The position numbers were made by a program, and so were the translations under genes. The notes under the pieces are model-generated. The model was not told the DNA's origin. It worked only from the letters and a program-made list of their open reading frames with translations, and made no database searches. Positions 1 through 11,640 of a stretch of 64,000 nucleotides of DNA are shown here, piece by piece. Origin of the DNA: Lingula anatina (taxonomy: Eukaryota > Animalia > Brachiopoda); assembly GCA_051362555.1 (NCBI GenBank), contig CM120640.1:5394001-5458000 (forward strand). Reading direction: 5' to 3'. Within the stretch, counting starts at the first letter, position 1. Each line of letters begins with the position of its first letter.

Positions 1-1333
1 CGAATATAGCCAGCCTATTGTACGGTAGGCCCCTCTTTGTTTATATAGGATGGATTTTATAATTAATAATAGATTCCAATGGTGTTTGAGACAACCCAAG
101 AGGTACTATGCAATTAATAGACCGAACCCTTAACTTAAATAAAGCCCTTTGGGTCATATTGTTATGCATTTCCTTATAGTTCGCTATTCGGGAAATTGCA
201 TTTTTTGTATGGAGTCACTGAAACGACAAATATAAGTTTAAACGTTTGGTGTAATGTTATCCGCTTGCAGAAAGAAAATTTAGTCGATAAAAGGTGAGCT
301 TCCCGCCGATGTAAAACGATTGAGTGCACTGAATGTTGAGTGCCACTCAGCACACGTAGCAATTCCCTGTGTTTTGTATGAAAGTGTGGAATTAATAAGA
401 CATGCGGCCAAACAAGCGGGGGAGGGTGACAGTGTAGATAAAAGACATAAAACTTGTTAAGAGAGAGAGGGTAAATAGAAAAGTGCCGTTCCATGCGTTC
501 TTTGTTTAAGTAAAACCTGTAATGTGATGTTTATAAAGTAACAGTAGATCAGATCAGTTTTAGACCACTACTTCTATCGTAAGTCAGGATAAGTGAGCAG
601 TGATGATACTGCATATTCCGGATAATGTATAGGATTCCCCTGAGGGCTAATTGAACATTAGACCTAGCTATGACGATACCAGTTTCCGAAGAAGAAAGAC
701 CTTTAATAGTTAAGACAACTGAAGCAGATGAAGTAAAATTGCATTTGTTTTTCCATCAACAGAACATCATTATCTCTTCGTAATTGCATTGTTATGGTAA
801 AGCATGGCGGGATTCATATACGAATCATGTGCATTTAATTACAGCTTTGTGGGCGTACTCGTGTACATATCAAACTTGAAAATAATTTAAAGTAAAATCA
901 TTGTTGAAATCTACCATTTGTTTCGGATGCCTATTTGGTACAATTACATTTGTCTACACTTATGGGGAACTACCAAGAAAACTAAGAGCTGCCTACATTA
1001 TAGATTTACATCAAGTATTGCACGATATAATTATAATGAAAAAAATAACAATCAAATAATAAAAAGATATCTTTCCCGACATATCCGGTACTTAAGCAAG
1101 ATTACAAAGAAACCATTAGCAATGATATAAGTGGGGGGTTCTTACACGTTAAAGTAAAGAAGCTCTGAGAAAGCAATATGCATATTATAAATGCATTGTT
1201 TCTTCGCAAATTCTAGTTTAGGTATTTGAGATTTTTAAGGTTAAAGTCTCTTTGTAAATGTCATTATACAATTACATGCCAGCGAGAGACCAAATACAAA
1301 AGAATACGATGAAGGATTTACATGTAGTTGGTG

Positions 1334-1361
<28 letters not shown>
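1334..1361. repeat. (GA)n microsatellite
   Basis: Uninterrupted GAGAGA run. Confidence 0.95.
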
Positions 1362-1366
<5 letters not shown>

Positions 1367-2259
1367 GGGGAGAGACACTTCCTGAATACGTTCAGTTCTT
1401 GTCTACAAACTCTAACTTGTAGAATCAATGTCGGCACATACAATTCGAATAGCTGACTGCCCCGTGAGTCCTGTCAGGTACAGTCCGAACTTAAATTTCC
1501 TTTTTGCTATTGTGCAACCTTCAAAACCTTTCAGCTCAGAATGATGTCAATCCAGAGTTAAGAATCTCATAATAAAATGGCAAAGGATATTACAATTCCT
1601 CCTTATCACTTCTTCCTTTTTGTTCTGGCGAGTCTCTCGATAACGTATTGAATTACTGCCAATACCCAGTGAGCCCGTTTTGCCTTATTCTTGTTGTGAC
1701 AGGAAGGACACTGGAAGGCGATCTCTGGTTTCTAAAGACTGGTAAACCTCAGGAGAAAATCTGGTCACGTAAAGCGGGACACTCCATTGGGTTGGTTCGC
1801 ACCCACGTTTACTCTCTATTTCCGGTTTATACCGGCTTTTCAACACAGAAACGAATTCTGTTACTTAATTAGGATTCCGGAGAAGCCTCTTCACAGTCAT
1901 GCTTGCGACATTTTACAGTTTTTTTTTAAATAATGTATCAGTTGGATACCAGCGGTGAAAGAGTTATCAATATCTAGAGAACGGCGTGGAGCAATACTAC
2001 ACTATGTGTGATTTCATTGTTTGTCCCGATTAACATTGAAGAAGTATCATCTCTATCATGAATTTAATTAGCGCTCTTGCCAAGAGCCTATAATTACTAA
2101 AAACCTCTCCAGAAGTAATTGTATTCTAAGGATCCGTAGAGCTACCACTCAGCATCATTGAACGACGTACTTAATGCTGTTTCGAATGCCTCTACTTGTT
2201 AAATTGAAGTGCTGTTTCACTGAAGCTGTTCTTTACTTTTCATTTCAGTACCAGGCATC

Positions 2260-4137
2260 ATGGCGGCCATTACAGCTGACTCCCTGACAATAACGTTCTT
2301 CCTTACTTTGATGGTTTTAAGTTCACCTTTGGTACACTGTGTGATCAACTCTCAAATGCTTAGAGATGCACAAAACCTCGACCAAGCGCCATACGGAAGA
2401 TACATCGAAGAAGACATAGTGATACCAAACGATTCACAAGAAGAAGAAAATTCTCACCGATATCAATCACAAGCCGTAAGTCTAAAACGTTTGGAGTACT
2501 TATTTAACAAACTTGAAAATAACATCATGAGAAACGAACCTCTTAAAAGACAGTGGAGTAAATCTATGACAATGTGGGGCAAACGATCTCCATATTTTTA
2601 TTCGGAAGATATGGAGGATCCACACGCACTTCGTCTTCGGAGACGTTCGCTGGAGAAAACGGATGATAACAACAAAACAAAGGAAAAAACAGACTTTCAA
2701 TTAACCAATAATGTTATACGCAGTTGGAAATCTGGCGGCATGAAACTGTGGGGCAAACGGCCGTTTGATAAAGAAATGGAAGAAAGCCGAGACGCCGATT
2801 TGAAAAAACTAGGCGAAAATATGGATTGGAAACAAAAAGAACGTGATCTGAAACGTTCATGGTCCGGCAATGCCATGAAACTTTGGGGGAAACGTGATAA
2901 CACCTTCGATGATCAACACGATAAAAAGAGTTGGAGTTCAAAGAATATGAAGCTTTGGGGAAAGCGCGAAGATGACAAGCGTTCATGGAACTCCAAAAGT
3001 TTAAAAGTTTGGGGAAAACGAGATGTGGACCAAGATGAAGAAGAAAACAACAAACGCTCTTGGAGTTCAAAAAATATGAAGCTATGGGGGAAGCGCAACG
3101 AACAAAAAGACGGTCTAGAATATGAAAAACGGCCATGGAGCTCGAAAAGCATGAAACTATGGGGAAAGCGTGATAATTCTGTTGAGGCTGACATCAACGA
3201 AAAACGCCAGTGGAACTCAAACGGTATGAAGGTTTGGGGTAAACGCATGGATGGCGAAATAATTGATGAACTTAGCAACAAACGCAAATGGAACTCAAAA
3301 GAAATGAAACTTTGGGGCAAAAGGGACAGCGTACAACATAACGCCTTGAATGAAAAAAGAGGGTGGAACGCAAAAGGCATGAAACTGTGGGGAAAACGTA
3401 GCGAAAACGACGAAAAGCGACCATGGAATGGCAAAGGGATGAAACTTTGGGGAAAAAGAGACTCGTCAGGATATGAAAGTGAGAGCAACAACTACCCGTA
3501 CCTTTACCGTAAGCACAGTATAGATGTAGATAGCAAAAGGTCTTGGAAGTCCGGGGGCATAAAACTGTGGGGCAAACGTGACATGGTCGACGATGATGTT
3601 GATTTAGTCAGTAACACAGCCGGCGGTGTGAAGAGGCCGTGGAACTCCGGCATGAAGTTATGGGGCAAAAAGCGAGCCTCAGATAGCCTGCGTGATCTTG
3701 ATTCTGCCAAAAGCGACTCCTGGATACAGGATGGCAAAAGAAGTTGGATTGGCAAAAATCCTTGGGCCACAAAAATTGGCTTTGATCCATCCAAACGCTG
3801 GAGGTCAATGAAATTATGGGGGAAACGTGATTCTGGCCAAAGTCAGCATGACTATGAAGATGCCTTTAACAAGTGGAACTCCATGAAACTTTGGGGTAAA
3901 GATTTAACCAGTTTAATAAAGGCGGAAGTTGGAAATAATCCAAACACTAAAACATTGTCGAACGAGTTTGAAGAAAAGGTTTTCGATCATGGCGTTGACA
4001 ATGAGACTAATACAGAAACAGGTAGCAGTCCCTTGAATAAGGAGATTTCAAACGAACATGTTACTACTCGTACACACACCTTGAGTAAACGATCTGGATG
4101 GATGCCACGAGAAGGGCTTCGTAACATGTGGGGTTAG
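2260..4137 (+). CDS. MIP: Myoinhibitory peptide / allatostatin-B (Wamide) neuropeptide precursor, single coding exon, 625 aa
   Basis: Hydrophobic signal peptide (MAAITADSLTITFFLTLMVLSSPLVHC). About 16 W-x(5-9)-W-Gly copies flanked by KR/KK/R sites, e.g. KR-SWSSKNMKLW-G-KR, with acidic spacers. A splice acceptor (ttttcatttcag, ending 2248) lies just upstream of the ATG. AATAAA at 5230-5235. Confidence 0.92.
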   Translation: MAAITADSLTITFFLTLMVLSSPLVHCVINSQMLRDAQNLDQAPYGRYIEEDIVIPNDSQEEENSHRYQSQAVSLKRLEYLFNKLENNIMRNEPLKRQWSKSMTMWGKRSPYFYSEDMEDPHALRLRRRSLEKTDDNNKTKEKTDFQLTNNVIRSWKSGGMKLWGKRPFDKEMEESRDADLKKLGENMDWKQKERDLKRSWSGNAMKLWGKRDNTFDDQHDKKSWSSKNMKLWGKREDDKRSWNSKSLKVWGKRDVDQDEEENNKRSWSSKNMKLWGKRNEQKDGLEYEKRPWSSKSMKLWGKRDNSVEADINEKRQWNSNGMKVWGKRMDGEIIDELSNKRKWNSKEMKLWGKRDSVQHNALNEKRGWNAKGMKLWGKRSENDEKRPWNGKGMKLWGKRDSSGYESESNNYPYLYRKHSIDVDSKRSWKSGGIKLWGKRDMVDDDVDLVSNTAGGVKRPWNSGMKLWGKKRASDSLRDLDSAKSDSWIQDGKRSWIGKNPWATKIGFDPSKRWRSMKLWGKRDSGQSQHDYEDAFNKWNSMKLWGKDLTSLIKAEVGNNPNTKTLSNEFEEKVFDHGVDNETNTETGSSPLNKEISNEHVTTRTHTLSKRSGWMPREGLRNMWG

Positions 4138-4507
4138 GGGTATTATCCACAGCAGTGAACACGATGACCCTCTTCATCCTTTTAATATACAGGCACCCTA
4201 CTTTATTTAATGTCTGTTAGTAAGCCATCTCCGATGTCTAGTTTTCAGTTTCTTTTCTTCTCTCACTTTCTCTCAATATTGCTCTTCTTTCTCGTGTTTG
4301 AGTTCCTCTTTTAGTTGGTCAGTCGTAACACAATAGTACTTCAGACAGGTCTAGTAACTAAACAGCATCTGGACTTTGAAAGTGTTCTTCACAGATATGT
4401 GGCTGTAAATTAAACATATAGTCTACAACTTCACACCTGTCTAAAGATCATCTTACGATAAATCAGTTTAAAATTTGATGTATTTTAGAGTAACGGTAGA
4501 GTAAGAC

Positions 4508-4634
4508 TACCCTCTACCAGAGCGACAGGTTGATTTTCCAGATATTCACCGATATGTCTATAGATAAATAGACAGTCATTTTGGCTCTCAGTCAAAAATG
4601 TCTACAATAATAACTGTGGCCCTGGTAGAGGGTA
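4508..4634. mobile_element. 127-bp MITE with 9-bp target-site duplication
   Basis: TIRs TACCCTCTACCAG...CTGGTAGAGGGTA. GAGTAAGAC is present on both flanks (4499-4507 and 4635-4643). Confidence 0.8.
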
Positions 4635-4973
4635 GAGTAAGACGTGTCGAAGCATATACGGTGTAGATCATGTAACATTGCCTTCCTGGGTGGGGTTTTT
4701 GTTAAAACCTCCGGCGTAGGAAAATGTCGACAAGTTGTCGAAGTTTTATTCTTCATAGATCATAGTCAATGAATACCAAGACTAAATAATGAAAACATTT
4801 GCTTTTCGTCAACATAAGAATTGTGGTTCATGAGGCAATGACAATCTTCTGTTCAAGTCCAACAAATTTACATTTTGATCAAATAAGATAACAGAACAAA
4901 AGATAGTTACTTGCATTCAGAAGCGATCATGCAATTTGTTGGGAATGATAAAGAGTTTCGTTTCTCTCAAACT

Positions 4974-4974
<1 letters not shown>

Positions 4975-5008
<34 letters not shown>
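4975..5008. repeat. Poly-T tract
   Basis: 34 consecutive T. Confidence 0.95.
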
Positions 5009-5009
<1 letters not shown>

Positions 5010-8000
5010 TGGTGGGAGACTATATACGGAATGCCAAAGAAATATAACATGCGATTATAAATGTTAGAATTATTTTTGTCTCGAGATGAAGTTTGGAACA
5101 AATGCCACAATCACAGTAATCTATCGATAATTGTGATGTAACTGTTAATCAGATTTGTTGTCGGTAGTTTACTCAGATTGAAGACATGATAAAAAGAATG
5201 ACACATGCTGTATTGTTGAAAAACATGCTAATAAATTTTATTCTATTAGTATGCAACATATATTGCAAATATGTTATTCTTTCTTTTATTTTTTTAATTA
5301 TTGTTTAAATTAATGAATATTAAAAAATCATAAGAATTCTTTATATTTATGGCATTTCATTTACATTTATCTTTCTATACTTTCTTTTGTAACAGTCTGA
5401 ATGTCTATGAAGCAGTTTATACAGTGTGCAAAATTGTATGAAAGTGCACACTTGGCAAAAGCCTGAAAAAATTTTGAAAAAAAGAAAAGAAAAATACGTA
5501 AAGGGCATTTGGAATTCAATAGGGCAAACGTGTAGGAATTCAGTGGGCCCCTCGGAACACATAAACCAAATGTATTGTTTCCAACAGAACTCTGCGTGTC
5601 GTTTCAAGAAGAAAAATCTCGCATCACTGACATTACAAAATAGTAATTGCGTGTGGATAAGAACAGGAATGACAGAAATATGAGGCGACACACCTACTGG
5701 GTGACTGTGTGACCTTAGCTAAGGTCGAGATATTTTGAAAAAAAAAAATACGAAATTCCCCTGGTATCTATAGCGGGAAAATAAGAACACGTGCGTTAAC
5801 GGTGAAATTGGAGTAGGCGGCACCTATATCGAGCTTCAAATGCCGTTGACTGATGATGTCTACTTGAAAGAAGTCGCAATCAATTTTTTAAAATGTTATG
5901 ATACACTTCTAAAAGGTTCCGTTCAATCAGTTTATTTATTTTTAACAAAGGTCACCTTATTTTAAGAGCATGCAACATGCAAATTTTATCACGCAACATG
6001 TATGACAGAAACGAACATGTCCACTTCTGAGCAGAAAACTTTTATCTGTCTTAAAAGAAAAGACCACCATTGAAATATCTGACTTCGACAACATTTTACC
6101 TCAGAACGTTGCAGGAACGTAGGCCTATGTGTCAAAGTTATGGAACGTGACTTAATGCAATCTAGCAAATGAAATTAGCGTGCTTTTTCAATTGTGTGGA
6201 ACCACAACAACATATTTTCAGAACATAGCGGATTTGGTGTTTTGTTTTTGAAAAACAATAAGGTTAAATGCTCTATTCAGCATAAAAAACATCACTGGAG
6301 CACACGCGTTCTGTTTCACTCATCGGTGCTACTCGGTCATTTCTTAGCAAAACGATAACCACAGCCACATTATCACACTGAACTTTCACAATTAAAAACG
6401 ATACCTGGTTAGACGCACTTCCTTCCCGTAGACTGTTTCAGTGACAATTTAATTATTGCTTGGTTCATTCAGGATTGCAGACCACGCGTATTCAAATTGG
6501 AATGAAAACGTGCTTATTACAAGCGATTTCTTCGCGGTTTCCTTATATCAAGCAGCTGAAAGACTATCATGCCTGTCACGCAGAGCGTAATCTTAGACCT
6601 ACATGGGGAAAATACCTTGGTTATGTAAAGCACTTTCAATGCTTATGTAGATCTAACAAAATCGGTTCGCTTAACATGTACTTTCAACATCTTAAAACAT
6701 AAATATTTTCAGTACTCGTACAAAGAGAAAATTTTTCATAGGGCTCAAACGTGCGTTTTAGCTGCTTGAAATCAGTGTGATTAGATTTTATCCGCCCTCA
6801 TTTCTGCCTTGATCCTTCCAGTAATTACAATATTTAAAATATTAGATAAAAATTGCAATGTTTGCTAAAAAAATTAACTGAAATTTGTTGAACAAATCAA
6901 CGACAAAATGTCCTTGTTACTATGATATTAATTAGTGGAATGTAATGCTGATTTCATCCAACATAGCAATATCCAAATAAGGCCACCGATCTCCTAGAAA
7001 AATAAATGCTGTCATTTTTTCAAAGGGATACGTAAGCCTACTATACAATCTCTTGTAAAACAATACTGGAGCGTTATAAGCAGAAATTAATAAATTAAAC
7101 AATAAATTAATTGATAGCTAAAAATGTTATATTGCTGCTGAAAATACATTAAAAAATACATATAAAAAGGTATGAAAGCAAGAATTTTTGAAAAAAAGAA
7201 AAAGAAGAAAAGAAATTCCAAACATCTTGAACAGCGAAGTTAATTATTGCACATTACATTTCAACCTGAATAGTCTTAGGATGAAACCAAGACAGAATAA
7301 TTACTTAAGTAAGGTAAACCTAATAGGATTGTGGGTCAGTAGGCTCAAATGTCAAAAGAGAACACCGTATAAAAACTGAAATTCTGAATTTAAGAAGCTA
7401 TTAAATATATGCTGCGTCTGTTAGTCAAAGTGAATTGTTTAGTTGTCCATTCTCTCCTAATATTATTCAATAATGTTGGTAAAATCATCTGATTCAAAAT
7501 ATCGTTTACGCTTCTTGTCAAATCGGTTTATATTTAAATGGAGTTTGGTGATTATGACATTTTTTGTTGTTTTGTGTGTGACTGCGTGCGTCCAATCGAA
7601 AGTGTGCACGTTTATTTTCAGGCTATGATATATCTAATAGGCATGATAAAATGTTTAATATTTCACGACAAAAAAATCCGAGGAAATACAATTTTAATGG
7701 GTAAGCCTATAAATCTGGTGGGGCGGGACTCGCCTGTATTTGCCAGACGCACTATATCACAAAACTAGATGGCTTTCTGCTCACCCACGAACTTCCTATC
7801 CATCGTGAAAAACAACTTATCTATATCCAGCTGAATTTTTGTCTTAAGTATGCCTATTATTCACAATATGATTGAATTCGAATTTTTTTACACATTTCAA
7901 AATAATCGAAAGCAATTTGTAATAAATAGCGTTATATTATAATTTAAAAATTGAAGCCACAGCTCAAACATAAGAAGCTAAGAAAACAAGAGTGTTTTGT

Positions 8001-8526
8001 GACAGTTCTAAACCATGCAACGGTCAGTCGAACACTGCTCCACTGAAACGGATTGTTGGAAGTCAGTGGTTGGAAGCGGAGTCCGAGATATGTAGGTGAT
8101 CGCTGCGCCATCTTTTAACAATGGCTGTAAATACAAACTTCCAGAGCGACATCTACATCAAGTAACTAAAAAGGAATTTCATGACATGTTTTTACAATAC
8201 ATCAATCGGTAATGATTAAAACAAAGTTCTGCGACGTCGTCTCCAGCCTACTGTAGATGTATGAGACTGTACATGCATCCACCGAGTATAGCACTTACGT
8301 TGAGATTTTATGGAGCGGAAAATCGGTTTAAGTGCATCCCATCATTTCATCAACGTTATTTTTTACGAAGCTATAGAATATACACTAACAGGTGAGCGAA
8401 AGAAAATGACTAAAACCCGTCTTGTCTTGTGTTGCTATTAACGATAGGTAGCGCTTAATGGCTGTTTCCGGTTTCTGTTCCACGAAATTATAGAGCAACG
8501 CTCCGTCAAGATAAGTGTTGTAATGA

Positions 8527-10324
8527 ATGGCAATTGGTGAAAACGATATCGTTCACGAGAACAATATGGAGATATCAGAAGAATGCAGCGATTCTCCCAA
8601 CGAACGCTTCATTTCGGTGCTTGACGAAGTGGAACTTAGAGTTGAGGGATTGAGGCAGCAAGCATTGGCGGTTGAAAAAGAAAAGGAAAGTCTTTTGCAG
8701 ACATTACATTGTCTGCAGCAAAACCCTGAATTGTATAAGGTTACCCACGGTAAGATTGTGCTTACTTAAGTTGTGTGACACTTTCTGAATCCTTGCTACC
8801 TGTAGATCCAAATAGGTATTTTGATTGGGGTGTTCTTTTCAAGAGTCAATGTACCAGCGATATGAATATGACATGCAGTTCTCTAGGGACAATACAGCGC
8901 AACACAGTGCAATACACTTGAAATAACGAGTCCAGTCACAAGTAAACACAGAACCCCTATAGGCATATAAGTTCAGGTGGTGGGTCTGCTACAGGTAGTG
9001 TTGGCCTCTGTTGGCCTGTGTTGGCCCCTAGTCTTACTGAAGAACTGCCATTTGTAAAGACTGTAACTGCCAACCAGGCCCCCGTTTCACAAAAAAACTT
9101 AAGTCGGTTTCCCTGACTTAGGGCTTGGTTACCAACGTAATTAAGTCGTTACGTCACTAAGTCCCGTTTCACAAAGAATCTAAAAGGTCGCTTACGTCGT
9201 TTTTTTCTTAGCTGTAAGTCGACGATGTCAAGCCTCCTCGGGAGGAGACTTAAGTCGGCAAGCTCAACTAAAACTCAGTAAATGAGAGCATAAACAACAA
9301 AAATTTGGAAAGAACATACCTCCTTCAAGATGTTGTGTTATAATATCCTTGAATAGCACTGACATTTATGGAATATTAAAATAAAAAATAAAATTCCACT
9401 TTACCCAGCCGATCGCGTGTTTGTTTATGTTTTTGACCGCTAGACGTCCCTCAGTAGTGTTCCACGACAAGCTAATGTTTAACTGTTACTTTGAAGTTGT
9501 ATTGAAGTTAAACTAATCAATAAAGTTCAAAAACAAACTTTGTTTGTGTTTTGGCTGACTTTTATTGTTGATAAACGATCGTTCTCAGCCGAAAGAGGCC
9601 ATGAAACGTCATGTCTTGTGAAACTTTTGCAATTTTACACCTCCTTTTCTTGAAGAGTTTCTCGTGCGCGTCGACTACGGTAAGCACACCAAGCTAAGAC
9701 GTTAGATTCTTTGTGAAACACTCCTAGTCGACTTAGCTAAGTCGACCTAGCTAGGCCACCCAGCTCGACTTAGTCGACTATGGATTTAAGATTCTTTGTG
9801 AAACGGGGGGCAGGTTTATAAAGCTAAAAAAATAAAATAAAATAAATAAATGGGTGGTCAGGGGTGTGGTATAGTATCTTAGCTTTTGGAAATGGTTAAT
9901 TTTGAAGATCCTGTTTGTTACAGATGAAAGAGAGGAAATCAACATAACTGCTGAGCGCCTTATTTGCCGTTGTTTAACAGTGGACGTATCTGTCACAATT
10001 CCACGGACACCAGCCCAAGAACAGGCCTTACAGCAGTGCCAACAAATGATCCGTGAACTTGAAATTCAAGTCCGAGAAAAATGTAAAAGATCTACTGAAA
10101 TTGTACAGACATACATGAATGCTTGTCTCTCTGAACCCAAGGGGCCAGTAGATCAAAAATTCCAGAGTGTTGTTATAGGTTGCACTGTGGATGATCAAAA
10201 ACAAGTGAGAAAAAAATTGTGTGAATGGAGTCGGGTGTTAGCAACAATGAAATCTGAAGAATCAAATAATGTTGAAGGTGCTCATAATCTGGCTGTAAAT
10301 GGTGAAGTCTACAACACAGACTGA
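8527..10324 (+). CDS. BAG2: BAG family molecular chaperone regulator 2; exons 8527-8749 and 9924-10324
   Basis: A GT-AG join restores the frame (VTHD-EREEINITAERLICRCLTVDVSV). The motifs LDEVELRVEGLR, YMNACLSE and DQKFQSVVIGCTVDDQKQVRKKL are typical of BAG2. Confidence 0.93.
9078..9810. mobile_element. PIF/Harbinger-like non-autonomous element (733 bp) in the BAG2 intron
   Basis: TIRs GCCCCCGTTTCACAAA / TTTGTGAAACGGGGGG. CAG is duplicated on both flanks (9075-9077, 9811-9813). Sub-terminal copies of the TIR core lie near 9163 and 9704. Confidence 0.75.
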
Positions 10325-11396
10325 TGTGTATCTTATCATAACACTTATATAAGCACCTGCCAATGTATAAAATTAGTTATTCATCAAGCACTCTTGCTAA
10401 ATTCTACTAACACGGAGTCATTTCATGTCAAATATTTTTACATGACCATTTTTATACCAAATTGAACTCAGGAACATGTAACATAGAATACATGAGTGAT
10501 GGGGCAAATTTGCCTTGGTGTATTAATCAGCAGAGATTTTTGTGGTGCACTGTCATTCTTGATTCAGCCTTCCTTACCATGAGAAGAATGTGCTTATGAA
10601 TATAATAATGGTTGAGGAAACAAATATTGACTTCAACACTTACAGTCTTCTGAAATGAAAGACAGCATATTCAACATTTCTTTGATTTGAAGTGTAACAT
10701 AGTATAATGGTATGATTGACTCTACAAACTGGAAGAAAACATTTTTCTTATTGTGTATGCTATTAATGATGAATAATATGTCACGTGTCAGTCTGCATAT
10801 CAAGGTTTCTGTAAAATGTCAGTGTCTCTTAAACAGTAATGATTGTATGTTCTGCCAACTTACATTGTAATCTGGGGCTTGTGCTTGGTGGAGAATACTG
10901 TTTTTTATTCTTAAACCATTTTAGTTTTTAAAAAGATAAAGCTCCACGTGTTGTTGGTCTTGCTGTATTCATCTGTTTAACTTTATACATACAGTGTATG
11001 TAATTGGTTTTAACAGACTGCCCAGTTTATATGTTCATATAATTTTGCATACAGCTGAACTTATTTCACATTCCCTCTGGGCATCTGACTGTATATGAGC
11101 AATCCAGAAACCATCATACATAGCAATAATAATAATATGTCACCTGCAGTATATGTTGTGTTCAAGAGTCTGTGTATATTGTCAGCTTTTATCTCATAAA
11201 ATATGTTTATATGGACACTTATATTTGTTTTACTTATCACTTTTGTTATTTATATTTGATTTAGATTTTGATCAAGACGAAGTACTTTCTTAGAAATTGA
11301 TAATTGATTTCCATTCTGAGCTTATAAAGTTTTTTATTCGTCCATTTCACCAGCCTTCTATAAAAAAAGAGGCAAAGAAAAGAAATGCAATTATTG

Positions 11397-11640
11397 AAAC
11401 TAGAAAAGCACTCAGACCTCTGTCAAGGCAACTCAATTTGCATAACTATTAATCATTTTTACATTAGTTAATTAATGTTTTGATTAATTAGCCAAATAAT
11501 TAATTAATTAATTACCACTAAAATATTGTCTCTTTCTTAATTAACTTAATTGTAGGCTATAATTGATTGACGAACAAACGAATGAATGAATGATTTATTT
11601 ATTTATTTAGTCACTACCAAAATCTAGCCCATATCTGCCC
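11397..11640 (-). mobile_element. Degenerate copy of the Helentron-associated (HINE-like) element seen at 21874 and 54669
   Basis: AAACTAGAAAAGCACTCAGACCTCTGTCAAGGCA matches the element end. ACTACCAAAAT near 11613 matches the internal part. Confidence 0.55.

Noticed and set aside
2500-3808. Several minus-strand ORFs up to 192 aa opposite the neuropeptide gene
   Set aside because: Shadow frames of the repetitive coding strand, with no independent motifs.
2550-3900. Repeat-spacer pattern resembling a CRISPR array
   Set aside because: The repeats vary at synonymous positions inside an open eukaryotic ORF, spacer lengths are irregular, and there are no cas genes.
5350-7050. Possible transposon remnants and short ORFs downstream of MIP
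   Set aside because: I could not define TIRs, a TSD or transposase motifs by eye.
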